In this document: positions 1 to 8,636 of the stretch, piece by piece
How positions within the stretch are numbered: position 1 is the stretch's first letter
How the letters are laid out: every line of letters starts with the position of its first letter
Assembly: GCA_001767525.1 (NCBI GenBank)
Contig: MELF01000023.1
Location: forward strand, 4,682 to 68,681
Source: Acidobacteria bacterium RIFCSPLOWO2_12_FULL_68_19
GTDB taxonomy: Bacteria > Acidobacteriota > Vicinamibacteria > Vicinamibacterales > UBA2999
Reading direction: 5' to 3'
Length of the DNA stretch: 64,000 bases
Position numbers and translations under genes: made by a program
The notes under the pieces: generated by a model
Databases searched by the model: none
Seen by the model: the letters and a program-made list of their open reading frames with translations, nothing else
What the model was told of the DNA's origin: nothing

Positions 1-909
1 GTCGAGGCTGACGCCCATCTGGAAATCGAGCAGCGCGCCCGCTCCGAGACCCGACGGCGGCTTGCCGCCGACGGTGGCCGTGACTTGCGGGCGTGGCGGA
101 CGATTGGCCCGCCACGCGGTCGGGACGCGCACGACGATGCCAGCGGCTTCGAGGCGGGGAACATCGGTCAACAGTTGAAACGCCTCGGCGGGCGTCCACC
201 GCAACGGCTGATAGATCTCGCCCGCCTCGACCATCGTCTTCAGCCACGGACAGTCGGCGGCGGCACGCTGGACCGGCAGGAGCAACGAGAGTAGTCGCGT
301 CTTGTTGGCGGCGCCAGCGTATTCACTCAGCGCGCGGCCAAGCGGCAGATGCTGGGCCCTGGCCTGGGTCGACAACTTCGTCGTGTAGGTCGCCAGAAAC
401 GCGAACGGCGCCTCATCATCGCGGCGGTTCTCGGCAAGGTTGAAGTGCACGCGGCCGACAAGATGCCACGCTGGGCTCCTACGTTGGAGAAAGTCCTGAA
501 CCGACGCATTGGATTCGGCAAGCTCAATTCGAAGCGCCGCCTCCATCTCGGTCCAGAGCGTTTCAAGGACCGAGGCTGCGATGTACTCGGCGCCGGTCAT
601 TGGCGGCGCCGCGGCGGCGAAGGCTTCGAGCTCGCCGGTCGGAGGCGCTGATATCGGCGTGACGTGTGCGTCGAGATCCGAGTGCGTGCAGACGGCCGTG
701 ACAAACCGCGCGGCAAACTCGCGCCAGTAGCTGAAGTCCGGTGGCAGCGTGGTCCCGACTTCGACGGCCCCGAGATCGAGCAAGCCGTGACCGGAACCGC
801 GAGCAAATGCCCCTTCGACGCTGTGCGAGAGTGCGGCCGACGGCCCGATGTCGTCGTCAGCGACCGTGAACAACAGGTGACCGCGCGGGGTCAGCGTCAG
901 CGACGGCAT
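1..909 (-). CDS. SNF2-family helicase, N-terminal portion (gene starts in window and runs off the left edge)
   Basis: Absent from the ORF track because it is open at the window edge. Manual minus-strand translation from ATG 909-907 gives MPSLTLTPRGHLLFTVADDD...VHFNLAENRRDDEAPFAFLATYTTKLS...EIYQPLRWTPAEAFQLLTDVPRLEAAGIVVRVPTAWR. I checked all in-frame triplets down to base 1 and found no stop. It resembles the SNF2-helicase-associated N-terminal region of bacterial SNF2/RapA-like proteins (from memory). Confidence 0.55.
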   Translation of the reverse strand, partial: MPSLTLTPRGHLLFTVADDDIGPSAALSHSVEGAFARGSGHGLLDLGAVEVGTTLPPDFSYWREFAARFVTAVCTHSDLDAHVTPISAPPTGELEAFAAAAPPMTGAEYIAASVLETLWTEMEAALRIELAESNASVQDFLQRRSPAWHLVGRVHFNLAENRRDDEAPFAFLATYTTKLSTQARAQHLPLGRALSEYAGAANKTRLLSLLLPVQRAAADCPWLKTMVEAGEIYQPLRWTPAEAFQLLTDVPRLEAAGIVVRVPTAWRANRPPRPQVTATVGGKPPSGLGAGALLDFQMGVSLD

Positions 910-1003
910 TGGGGGTGCCTTAGGGGCGCCGCGGTACTCTAGCCGGTCTCCGACCACGCCGCGGTTTGATCGTATCGGCCATGAGGACTCTGGGGATGAG
1001 AAG

Positions 1004-1273
1004 CTACGACTGCTTGGTGCGAGCCGCCCGACCGCGCGACTTGACCCGCTCGGCGAGTTGCCGACCCGAGGTCTTGTCGTAGGCACGGCCCTCGCCCCGA
1101 GCCAACTGATCAAAGCCCGCCTGCACGTCGGCACGAAGTTCCTCGCGCGCCTGGTCGCGTTCCTTCAGGAGTCGCAGTGCTTCGCGGACAACTTCGCTCG
1201 CCGTCTGATACAAACCGCTGTCGACCTTCTCATTGACGAGTCGTTCGAGCTCTGGCGTGAGCGAAACGTTCAT
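1004..1273 (-). CDS. parD: ParD-like ribbon-helix-helix type II antitoxin, no adjacent toxin
   Basis: 89 aa. MNVSLTPELERLVNEKVDSGLYQTASEVVREALRLL is a typical ParD/COG3609 N-terminus. No ParE-like ORF lies downstream; only 94 bp separate it from the SNF2 start. Confidence 0.8.
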   Translation of the reverse strand: MNVSLTPELERLVNEKVDSGLYQTASEVVREALRLLKERDQAREELRADVQAGFDQLARGEGRAYDKTSGRQLAERVKSRGRAARTKQS

Positions 1274-1675
1274 ATGGAACTGCCCTCACATCGAAGTTAG
1301 GCGCGATAACGAGTCTTGTCAAGATTTGTCATAATTGGACAGTACGAACAGGTCAGGACTGTCCCCACGATTGTCCCTGAGACGCGCCAAAACAGCGCCT
1401 CCAGAGCCAACGCGAATTCCAACGAGAACACTCGCGATCGTCTGAAGCGAGTATGGGCACACGCGTGGGAAGACATCGAGATTCTCAGACCTTGCCGATG
1501 GCGCAAGTTGTGCGTCGTTAACGTTCCAGGATGTCGCCTCGCGTTGACCGTTACGCTTTGCCTGGCCAGGCCCAACGGTGCCGCGGCCTGGGCTGAGCCA
1601 CGGTCTCCCGTATCGGGTCGCGGACTCTGTCTACTGCCATAGACAGATTCAGGTGCCATCAGCTATGCTGATCTA

Positions 1676-1882
1676 GTGACCGCGAAGGACCTTCGGCGCA
1701 TCCTGAGGTCCCTCCGTTGTGTCGAGAGCCGGCAACGCGGGTCGCATCTGCGCATTGAGTGTGGCCGGTGTGTGACGACCGTACCGGTTCATGCCGGTGA
1801 AGACATCGGGCCTGGTCTACTGCGCCGCATCGAGCGCGACTTGGAGCCGTGTCTCGGAAAGGGATGGTTGAAGAAGCCGTGA
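1676..1882 (+). CDS. hicA: HicA mRNA-interferase toxin
   Basis: 68 aa, GTG start. KDLRRILRSL...RQRGSHLRIE...VPVHAGEDIGPGLLRRIERDL fits the HicA/YcfA family pattern. Followed by an overlapping hicB. Confidence 0.85.
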   Translation: MTAKDLRRILRSLRCVESRQRGSHLRIECGRCVTTVPVHAGEDIGPGLLRRIERDLEPCLGKGWLKKP

Positions 1883-2274
1883 AGACCTACCGTGTCGCCT
1901 ATGAACGTGACGAATCGGGCTGGTGGGTTGCGTCGGTGCGTGGCGTCCAGGGTTGCCACACGCAGGGTCGCACCGTCGACGAAGCTCGCCGACGGATTCG
2001 AGAAGCGCTGGAGCTGTTCGTCGACGATGCGCGCCAGGCCTCCATTGTGGATGACGTGAAGTTGCCGAGTGCTGCGGCACGGGCGATTCGCGCCTACGCC
2101 ACTCTTCGCAAGAGGGCCGATCAGGAAGACCGCCGCGCAGCCCTCGCGGCTCGACGCGCGGTCCGGGTACTACGCACGGGCAAGCTGAGGATGAGCGCAC
2201 GCGACGCTGGCCGGCTCCTCGGACTGTCGCATCAACGCGTCCATCAACTCACGCAAGAAGAGGGTGCTCGATAG
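1849..2274 (+). CDS. hicB: HicB antitoxin with C-terminal HTH-like tail
   Basis: YRVAYERDESGWWVASVRGVQGCHTQGRTVDEARRRIREALELF is the HicB/UPF0150 fold signature. The C-terminal MSARDAGRLLGLSHQRVHQL is HTH-like. ATG at 1864 is an alternative start. Confidence 0.8.
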   Translation: MSRKGMVEEAVKTYRVAYERDESGWWVASVRGVQGCHTQGRTVDEARRRIREALELFVDDARQASIVDDVKLPSAAARAIRAYATLRKRADQEDRRAALAARRAVRVLRTGKLRMSARDAGRLLGLSHQRVHQLTQEEGAR

Positions 2275-2343
2275 ACATTGCCAGCGGCCCGAAAATGGCT
2301 GGAGAACGCTCGCCGCCCGAGCTGGACTTGCTGACCTCGATGG

Positions 2344-3846
2344 GTGGGCGCCACGGCGCATCGATGCAGGGCCGAAGGGTCGGATGAAGACACGGGAGAT
2401 CGGACGGCGGTGAGGGCGGTGGGTCGCAACGATTCGTGTCCCTGCGGCAGCGGCCGTAAGTTCAAGCACTGTTGCCTTCGCAGCCAGGATGTCGAAGACA
2501 ACCTGCGAGTTCGGTTGCGTTCCGCCGAGGGTGCGCTCGTACCCGTTCTGTTCTCCTACGCCGCTCACGAGTTCGGACGTGAATATTTCGACGAAGCCTG
2601 GGACGAGTTCTTCTTGTGGAACGACGTGCCAGACGACATCGCGAACTCCAAGGAGTGTGGAACCACCTTCGATCCGTTCTTTGTGTTCGACTTCGTACCG
2701 GATGCCGCCGAGGAGCCGCTGCCAGATGGCTGGCCGACCGAGCCGCTGGCGCTGCACTTCCTCCACTACGAGGTTGAATCCGGTCCCGAACTGCACCGCG
2801 AATTCATCGAGCGAGCCTGCAAGAGCCCTGCAAGCTTCTTCGTGGTCGAAGCTGTCTTCGCCGGGCGAGCTCTCGACATCAAAGACATCCTCACTGGGCG
2901 CCGATTCCACGTGCTCGAACAAAGCGCCTCGCGCACCCTGCACGTCGGTGATCTGCTCTTCACGCGAGTCGTCACCGCAGGCGGCGGGAGCATCATGATC
3001 GGGGCCTGCCCCTGGGTGATCCCCGCGTCGTGGCACATTCCGATTATCGATACGCGCGAACGTCTCCGCCCGAAGGGGCTCCTGTCGCGTGAAGACTTGT
3101 TCGACTTCGACTTCGAGATCCGTCAGGCGTACCACGAGATCGTCGAGGCACTGCTGCACCCCGCGCCTCCCGTCATCCAGAACACGGACGGCGACCCGCT
3201 CGAATTGACGACGCTGACCTATGAGCTCGGCATCACGGTGAACGAGGCCGTCGAGCGGCTGATGCCGTTGGCCACGCTGCGCGGCGAAGTCCACATCGCA
3301 GACGACGTGCGGGATGCCACCGGTGCGCTCATGGCCGCTGCGCTGACCTGGATCAAGGCCGGCAATCGCAAGCACAAGGATTGGGACAACACCACACTCG
3401 GAACGCTTCGCCTCGAGGGTTCGAGACTCGTGGTCGAGGTCAACTCCGCACGTCGCCGTCGTCGCATCGAGAAAGAGATCGCGAAATCTCTCGGATCGGC
3501 AGCGACGCTGGTCGACGCGACGATCACTGACATGACCGAGGCTCTCGGGCGCCGGCGCGAGAGGCGCGCCATCACGCCACTGCACCTGGCGACGCCAGCC
3601 GATTCGCCGCGGCCGCCCGAATTCGAAGCGATTGAGGCCGAGCTCGCACGCAAGCACTGGGACGCCTGGCTCGACACCAAAGTGCCGGCGCTTGGCGACC
3701 GCACGCCGCGGCAAGCGGCCAAGACCGCGTCCGGTCGTGAGCGGCTCGAAGCCCTTCTGGCCGACTATTCCCAGAAGAGTGTCAGCGGTCGTACCGCGTT
3801 CGAGCCGGACATCGGCACCTTGAAGCGGAAGCTGGGGCTGGGCTGA
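2344..3846 (+). CDS. SEC-C motif protein with C-terminal Xre/MbcA/ParS(DUF2384)-like segment
   Basis: N-terminal [18 protein letters not shown] is a SecA-type metal-binding SEC-C motif. C-terminal [35 protein letters not shown] resembles the toxin-binding domain of Xre/MbcA/ParS antitoxins. The true start is probably a GTG near 2410, just before the SEC-C motif. Confidence 0.7.
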   Translation: MGATAHRCRAEGSDEDTGDRTAVRAVGRNDSCPCGSGRKFKHCCLRSQDVEDNLRVRLRSAEGALVPVLFSYAAHEFGREYFDEAWDEFFLWNDVPDDIANSKECGTTFDPFFVFDFVPDAAEEPLPDGWPTEPLALHFLHYEVESGPELHREFIERACKSPASFFVVEAVFAGRALDIKDILTGRRFHVLEQSASRTLHVGDLLFTRVVTAGGGSIMIGACPWVIPASWHIPIIDTRERLRPKGLLSREDLFDFDFEIRQAYHEIVEALLHPAPPVIQNTDGDPLELTTLTYELGITVNEAVERLMPLATLRGEVHIADDVRDATGALMAAALTWIKAGNRKHKDWDNTTLGTLRLEGSRLVVEVNSARRRRRIEKEIAKSLGSAATLVDATITDMTEALGRRRERRAITPLHLATPADSPRPPEFEAIEAELARKHWDAWLDTKVPALGDRTPRQAAKTASGRERLEALLADYSQKSVSGRTAFEPDIGTLKRKLGLG

Positions 3847-4055
3847 CACGTCGCGCGCGAATCGCACCAATGCCTCGCCGACTCGAGCGCCGTTGCGGTC
3901 GCGACCGGTCCTGAAGTGCCTCTGCGGCTATGCCTTTCGAAGACGACCGAGCGTCGCGCTTGCGAAGCGGGCATAACGAGCTCGGACTGTAGGAAGCCTC
4001 GCCACACCCGTCCACTCGCCGACATTGACGGACTCGAGATGATCGTTCTGGGCAC

Positions 4056-4409
4056 TCAGTCGCTCGGCAGGATACGAAAGGGCTTCCGGCCTCTGATTCT
4101 GTAGGCTGAGAAATCCGTACGATCCGTCGTGAACACGGAGGTGCAATCGAGCTCCTCGGCCAACGCGACAAGCGTGGCATCCGCAAAGTCCATCGGCAGA
4201 TCGGCATGCTTGTCGAGCAGCTTCCGGACACGCTGTAATGACGCCGTGCTCGAAGGAACGAGAAGCGCGCCCCCGGAGAGGAAGAAATCGACGCAGGCGG
4301 CGCGTCCGCCTTGAACACCGGCCAAGAGGTAAGTGGCTTCAGCCAGCACTGCAGCGGGCAAGGTGCTCGCGGGTCGGCTCGCGACTCCGACCTTCGACGT
4401 GTGCCCCAC
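4056..4409 (-). pseudogene. PIN-domain (VapC-like) toxin lacking its N-terminal segment
   Basis: LPAAVLAEATYLL...LLDKHADLPMDFADATLVALAEELDCTSVFTTDRTDFSAYR...FRILP matches the middle and C-terminus of PIN toxins. An in-frame TGA at 4425-4427 lies just upstream of the GTG, so the usual N-terminal xxDTxxL acidic motif has no room. No antitoxin ORF is seen upstream. Confidence 0.5.
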
Positions 4410-4629
4410 ACGCGATCGAGGAAGTCAATCGTCAACCGGCCCTGACGGTGCACGGGCTGCGCACCGCAGTACGTGGCACCCTGCACGGGCCGATGTTGTT
4501 ACTGGTGAATCGGCAAGGGCGTGAGCTGTTTCTCACGGCGCCCGCATCATGACGGCCTGCAGGTCGGCGCGGTCGATCCGGGGCGGCGACGACCTTGTCG
4601 CAGGGTCGAAGCTGGAATAGATTGCCGTC

Positions 4630-6096
4630 GTGGCCCCGCGCGTCCGCTTTGCCCCCTCGCCCACGGGCTACCTGCACGTCGGCGGCGCGCGCACGGCGCT
4701 CTTCAACTGGCTGTACGCGCGCCGGCACGGCGGCACGTTCGTCCTCCGCATCGAAGACACCGACGTGCAGCGGTCGTCGGCCGACATGGTCACCGGCATC
4801 CTCGACGGGCTGCGGTGGCTGGGGCTCGACTGGGACGAGGGGCCCGAGGCCGGCGGTCCGCACGGGCCGTACTTCCAGTCGGAGCGGCTCGACCGGTACC
4901 GCGCGGCCGCCGCCCGCCTGGTCGCGGAGGGGCACGCGTACTTCTGTTACTGTTCGCCCGAGCGGCTGCGCGACGAGCGCGAGAAGGCGGAGGCGCGCGG
5001 CGAGGCGTGGCGGTACGACCGCGCGTGCCTGGCGCTGGCGCCGGAGCGGGTGGCCGAGCTCGAAGCGGTTGCCGCGCCGCGGGCGGTCCGCTTCAAGGTG
5101 CCTGCGACCCACACGGCATTCGACGATGTCGTGCACGGCCCTATCGCGTTCGATCCGCGGAGCATCGAGGATTTCGTCGTGCTCCGCTCCGATGACCATC
5201 CCACCTACCACCTCTCGGTCGTCGTCGACGACGTGGAGATGGGGATCACGCACGTGATCCGGGGCGACGACCACATCTCGAACACGCCGAAGCACCTGCT
5301 GCTCTTCGAAGCGCTCGGCGCGGCGCCGCCGACCTTCGCGCACGTGCCGCTCATCCTCGGCGCGGACAAGAAGCGGCTCAGCAAGCGGCACGGCGCCACC
5401 TCGGTCACCGAGTACCGGCGGCAGGGGTACCTGCCGGCCGCGATGGTGAACTTCCTGGCGCTGCTCGGCTGGTCGCCCGGCGACGACTGCGAGTTGATGT
5501 CGATGGCGGAGCTCGTCGGCAGCTTCTCGCTCGAGGGCATCAGCGGCAGTAGCGCCGTCTTCAACGTCGAGAAGCTCGATTGGATGAACGGGCAGTACCT
5601 CGCGCGGCTGCCCGCGGGCGAGCTGGCGGCCGCCGTGGCGCCGTTGCTCGTCGCCGCCGGCCTGTCGGCGCCGGGCGACCCGGCCTGGTTTCATCGGCTG
5701 CTCGATCTGCTGCGGCCGCGGGCGAAGCGGCTGACCGATGTCGCCGACCTCGCGCGGCCGTTTCTCGTCGAGACGGTTGAGTACGACCCCCAGGCCATGG
5801 AGAAGCACCTGGAAGGAAGCGACGTGCCCGGGCACGTCGCCGCGCTCGCCGCGGCGCTCGGCACGACCGATCCCTTCGACGAACCGCATGTGGAAGCGAC
5901 CGTGCGAGCAACGGCGGCTGACCGGGGGGTGAAGGCCGGCGTGCTCATCCACGCCGCGCGCGTCGCCGTGACCGGGCGGACCACGAGCCCCGGCCTCTTC
6001 GAGGTGCTCGTGCTGCTCGGTCGGGATCGCAGCGTGGCGCGGCTCGAACGGCTCGTCGACTTCCTGGCCACGCCCCGGGCCGGCACTATTCCCTGA
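4630..6096 (+). CDS. gltX: glutamate--tRNA ligase
   Basis: 488 aa. HIGH-type motif PSPTGYLHVGGARTALFNW, IEDTD, and KMSKS-type RLSKRHG; full-length class I GluRS architecture. Confidence 0.97.
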   Translation: MAPRVRFAPSPTGYLHVGGARTALFNWLYARRHGGTFVLRIEDTDVQRSSADMVTGILDGLRWLGLDWDEGPEAGGPHGPYFQSERLDRYRAAAARLVAEGHAYFCYCSPERLRDEREKAEARGEAWRYDRACLALAPERVAELEAVAAPRAVRFKVPATHTAFDDVVHGPIAFDPRSIEDFVVLRSDDHPTYHLSVVVDDVEMGITHVIRGDDHISNTPKHLLLFEALGAAPPTFAHVPLILGADKKRLSKRHGATSVTEYRRQGYLPAAMVNFLALLGWSPGDDCELMSMAELVGSFSLEGISGSSAVFNVEKLDWMNGQYLARLPAGELAAAVAPLLVAAGLSAPGDPAWFHRLLDLLRPRAKRLTDVADLARPFLVETVEYDPQAMEKHLEGSDVPGHVAALAAALGTTDPFDEPHVEATVRATAADRGVKAGVLIHAARVAVTGRTTSPGLFEVLVLLGRDRSVARLERLVDFLATPRAGTIP

Positions 6097-6332
6097 GCAA
6101 ATCTGCCTCTGGACCACCCGTGCGCATGCCGTTCATGGCGCGCGCCGCGCGCTGCTCGCCGGGGAGTTGCCGCCGTGTGACGCCACGGCCCGAGCGCCGC
6201 TCGATCCGGTGCGACGTCCTCTCGAGCGGCCGGCATCTCGGTTTGCGCCAGGCCGCGTTCTCTCTGTACAATTCGAGGTTCCTGCCCTGCGGGTGTTTGC
6301 CCTCTAGCGCGGACCGACACGCGACCAGGTAC

Positions 6333-6406
6333 TGGGAGGTCGTTCAACGGTAGGACACGTGGCTCTGGACCACGTTATCGGGGTTCGAATCCCTGCCTCC
6401 CAGCCA
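6333..6406 (+). tRNA. tRNA-Gln (anticodon CUG), CCA encoded
   Basis: 74 nt folded by hand. Acceptor stem TGGGAGG/CCTCCCA, D stem GTTC/GGAC, anticodon stem CGTGG/CCACG with loop CTCTGGA (anticodon CTG), T stem CGGGG/CCCTG with loop TTCGAAT. U1-A72 pair and G73 discriminator are as in bacterial tRNA-Gln. Confidence 0.95.
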
Positions 6407-6773
6407 CTAAGTCGTTCACTAGCAACAACTTACGGCACGAGAGATCCGGCCCGATCAACTGGTCTTGCGCCACATTATCAGTCTCGGTATCGACACCCGA
6501 GCAACCGCTTGACGTTCAAGGGGTTAGCGAACGCCAGGGCCACGTTCGCCGATTCGCCCAGAGACACGAATGAGACACGCGGCAAATTCGATCGCCGTCC
6601 CGCGCGCGCGCCCACACCTCGTCCTGTCCGATGCCGGCGGGCGATGAGCTCGGGCCTGGATGCTGGGGCGACGATGCTATCGTCGTCGGGCCGGGGCGAT
6701 ATCGATGCGCCAAGGATGAAGGCCATCGAGAACGGATGTCGCCATGGAGCGGGCTGTCACGCGCTGAACTGCG

Positions 6774-7412
6774 ATGTCGGATTTGGTTCATCAGGTCACT
6801 GTCGACCACTCCGAGAGGCGCTCGGCATTACTGGATGCTGTGCGTCGGACCGGCGCGTTCCAGGTGCGGATGGCGCGTCTCGCGACCGGTGACTATCTGA
6901 TTGGGAACGATGTGCTCATCGAGCGGAAGTCGGTCGCCGACTTGGCCGCCTCTCTCGTCGACGGACGCCTGTTTCCGCAGGTGGCACGACTGGCTCACAG
7001 CGGCTACCGATCCCTTCTGCTGATCGAAGGCTCGGCGACCACGTCGATTCCTGATGTGCATCCCCACTCGCTCGAAGGCGCACTCGTGTCGATCACGGCC
7101 ATGTGGCGCGTGCCGGTGCTGCATTCGTCCGATGCGGAACAGTCGGCGCGCATGCTGCACTTCCTTGCCGATCAGGTGCGTGGACCGCACGAGCGAGTTC
7201 TGCGGCGATTCGACCAGAAGCCGAAACGCCTCGCATCGAGAAAGCTCTTCCTGTTGCAGGGGCTACCAGGCGTCGGTCCTGCTCTCGCGCAGCGCCTGCT
7301 CGACCACTTCGGGACCATCGAACGCGTCTTCACGGCTGACGCGTCCGCACTGGGTGAGGTCCGAGGTGTCGGTCCCAGGAAGGCCGCCCGCATCCGGGAA
7401 CTCGTTCTCTGA
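6774..7412 (+). CDS. ERCC4/XPF-type nuclease with C-terminal (HhH)2, copy 1
   Basis: 212 aa. Has the ERCC4 catalytic signature LATGDYLIGNDVLIERKSVADLAASL (GDY...ERKxxxD). The C-terminus has two helix-hairpin-helix motifs: LQGLPGVGPALAQRLLDHFG and VRGVGPRKAARIRELV. Confidence 0.8.
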   Translation: MSDLVHQVTVDHSERRSALLDAVRRTGAFQVRMARLATGDYLIGNDVLIERKSVADLAASLVDGRLFPQVARLAHSGYRSLLLIEGSATTSIPDVHPHSLEGALVSITAMWRVPVLHSSDAEQSARMLHFLADQVRGPHERVLRRFDQKPKRLASRKLFLLQGLPGVGPALAQRLLDHFGTIERVFTADASALGEVRGVGPRKAARIRELVL

Positions 7413-7475
7413 CGTGGGGCACGGCTCTATCGATCGGTTGCCTCTCCATCGCTGACGATCTATATTGATCGAGAA

Positions 7476-7889
7476 GTGGCCACACGGCGCAGCCTGCCCG
7501 TCCGAGGGCGATCGCTCCTGAAGGGCGGGCGCAAGCGTGTCCTCGTCGTTTTGTTCGTCCCGAGCGTCGAGCGTGATGGGAGGGCTCCCATCGACCAGGA
7601 TCGCTGGGTCGACGCTGCCTTGGACATGTTCGGGCGTGTGTTTGGAGGGGCGACCGCCTATCCAAAGGCGAAGGGTGTCTGGCGCGACGATGAACGAAAC
7701 GGCGCACTGGTGAAAGACGAACCAGTCGTCGTCCATTGCTACACGACGCGCGCCGACATCGAGGACGCCAGACACCTGGCGGAACTCGGGACCTTCTGCA
7801 GAACGATGGGCCGCGACGCCCGTCAGGGCGAGGTTGGGTTGGTCATTGGAGACGAGTATTTTGCGATCCGTGAGTTCACGGAGGAGTGA
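7476..7889 (+). CDS. hypothetical protein (137 aa), second gene of ERCC4 cassette
   Basis: GTG start. Non-Arg-biased composition: VLVVLFVPSVERDGRAPIDQDRWVDAALDMFGRVFGGATAYPKAKGVWRDDERNGALVKDEPVVVHCY. Tightly spaced with flanking same-strand genes. No family recognised. Confidence 0.55.
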   Translation: MATRRSLPVRGRSLLKGGRKRVLVVLFVPSVERDGRAPIDQDRWVDAALDMFGRVFGGATAYPKAKGVWRDDERNGALVKDEPVVVHCYTTRADIEDARHLAELGTFCRTMGRDARQGEVGLVIGDEYFAIREFTEE

Positions 7890-7892
7890 CAG

Positions 7893-8258
7893 ATGAAGTC
7901 GAGCCTCGACATGAACAAGATCGCTCGTGGGCTTCGCGCGGAACGCAAGGGCACAGTCTCGGTCGGCGGCGGCTACTTCGGGGCGATGCAGCTGCTGGCG
8001 GAGATCGAGGCGCGCTTCCGCGTGCCGATGGGCGGAGGGCGGGCAACGGATCCCGAGTGGACCGAACGACGGCTGGTCCCGTTGGCCCCCCGAACCCTCA
8101 AGCGTCTCGAGGCGATCACGGAAGGCGTCAGAGCGCGGAGCGGCGTGAGCGTGGAACCGATGCAGCTCGCCGCCTTGTTGCTCGAGAAGACGACCGAACA
8201 GCTCAACGACGATGACGTGAGGGATCTAGTCACTGGCCAGCGGCGTGCGAGTCGGTGA
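7893..8258 (+). CDS. hypothetical protein (121 aa), third gene of ERCC4 cassette
   Basis: ATG 4 nt after the previous stop, with GGAGGAG upstream. Sequence includes MNKIARGLRAERKGTVSVGGGYFGAMQLLAEIEARFRVPMGGGRATDPEWTERRLVPLAPRTLKRLEAI. No family recognised. Confidence 0.55.
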   Translation: MKSSLDMNKIARGLRAERKGTVSVGGGYFGAMQLLAEIEARFRVPMGGGRATDPEWTERRLVPLAPRTLKRLEAITEGVRARSGVSVEPMQLAALLLEKTTEQLNDDDVRDLVTGQRRASR

Positions 8259-8262
8259 TTGA

Positions 8263-8577
8263 GGGCAAACGCCCACGCATCTGGATGCCACAGACATTCA
8301 AGTTCAGGCCGACGCTGGACCATGTTCACGAACCGCAAGAGACCAGCTCGACACGGATGAGGCCGAAATCCGCCGGCGATATGCCACACGCCTCTTTCAG
8401 CAGCGCCTGCACCAGCGCGAGTTCCGCGAGCGCGTCGTGCGGGCGTACCAGCATCACTGTGCAGTCTGCCGCCTGCGGCGCGATGAGCTTCTCGACGCGG
8501 CTCACATCGTACTGAAGCGGTGGCGTCGAACACTCGAACAAAACCGAGCGGAGCGGCACGGAGCGCCACCGGTCCGC
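8263..8577 (+). pseudogene. HNH (HNH_2-type restriction-endonuclease-like) fragment, truncated at the islet junction
   Basis: In-frame LDTDEAEIRRRYATRLFQQRLHQREFRERVVRAYQHHCAVCRLRRDELLDAAHIV matches the FR..V..AY...CAvC......L.AAHI core of HNH_2 nucleases. There is no N-terminal domain or start codon. Homology is lost after AAHIV, and the frame runs into the tRNA-fragment repeat. Confidence 0.5.
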
Positions 8578-8625
8578 GGCTCTTTGGACCACGTTATCGG
8601 GGTTCGAATCCCTGCCTCACCGCCA
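8578..8625 (+). repeat. degenerate copy of tRNA-Gln 3-prime half (att-like)
   Basis: GGCTCTTTGGACCACGTTATCGGGGTTCGAATCCCTGCCTCACCGCCA versus tRNA 6361-6406: a 2-nt insertion in the anticodon-loop part and two substitutions in the acceptor arm. No 5-prime half upstream. Confidence 0.75.
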
Positions 8626-8636
8626 TTTAAGTTGTT

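Noticed and set aside
910-1003. Search for a ParE toxin partner downstream of ParD, or a SWIM partner gene upstream of the left-edge SNF2 gene.
   Set aside because: Only 94 bp separate parD from the SNF2 start, and no ORF with toxin or SWIM features fits. ParD is treated as an orphan.
2170-3870. 566-aa minus-strand ORF opposite the SEC-C gene. Similar very long ORFs include 4432-6117(-), 20849-21997(+), 22896-24365(+), 26881-28926(+), 38367-40892(+), 45239-47092(+), 47257-50328(+), 50765-52996(-), 56339-58777(+) and 59333-60667(-).
   Set aside because: All are antisense or off-frame shadows of genes with clear family signatures. Their translations are Arg/Gly/Pro/Asp-rich low-complexity strings without motifs, which is the expected artefact of stop-codon scarcity in high-GC DNA.
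4410-4629. Possible VapB-type antitoxin or the missing N-terminus of the PIN toxin between the PIN fragment and gltX.
   Set aside because: All three minus-strand frames give only short or Arg-rich peptides (for example ...RIDRADLQAVMMRAP, then a stop) with no start codon or recognisable antitoxin fold. The region also overlaps the gltX start.
6107-6117. CTCTGGACCAC, an 11-nt match to the tRNA-Gln anticodon-loop region, directly after the gltX stop. It could be a sixth att relic on the left side of the tRNA.
   Set aside because: The match is only 11 nt and diverges immediately afterwards. It is too short to distinguish from chance without genome-wide statistics or comparative data.
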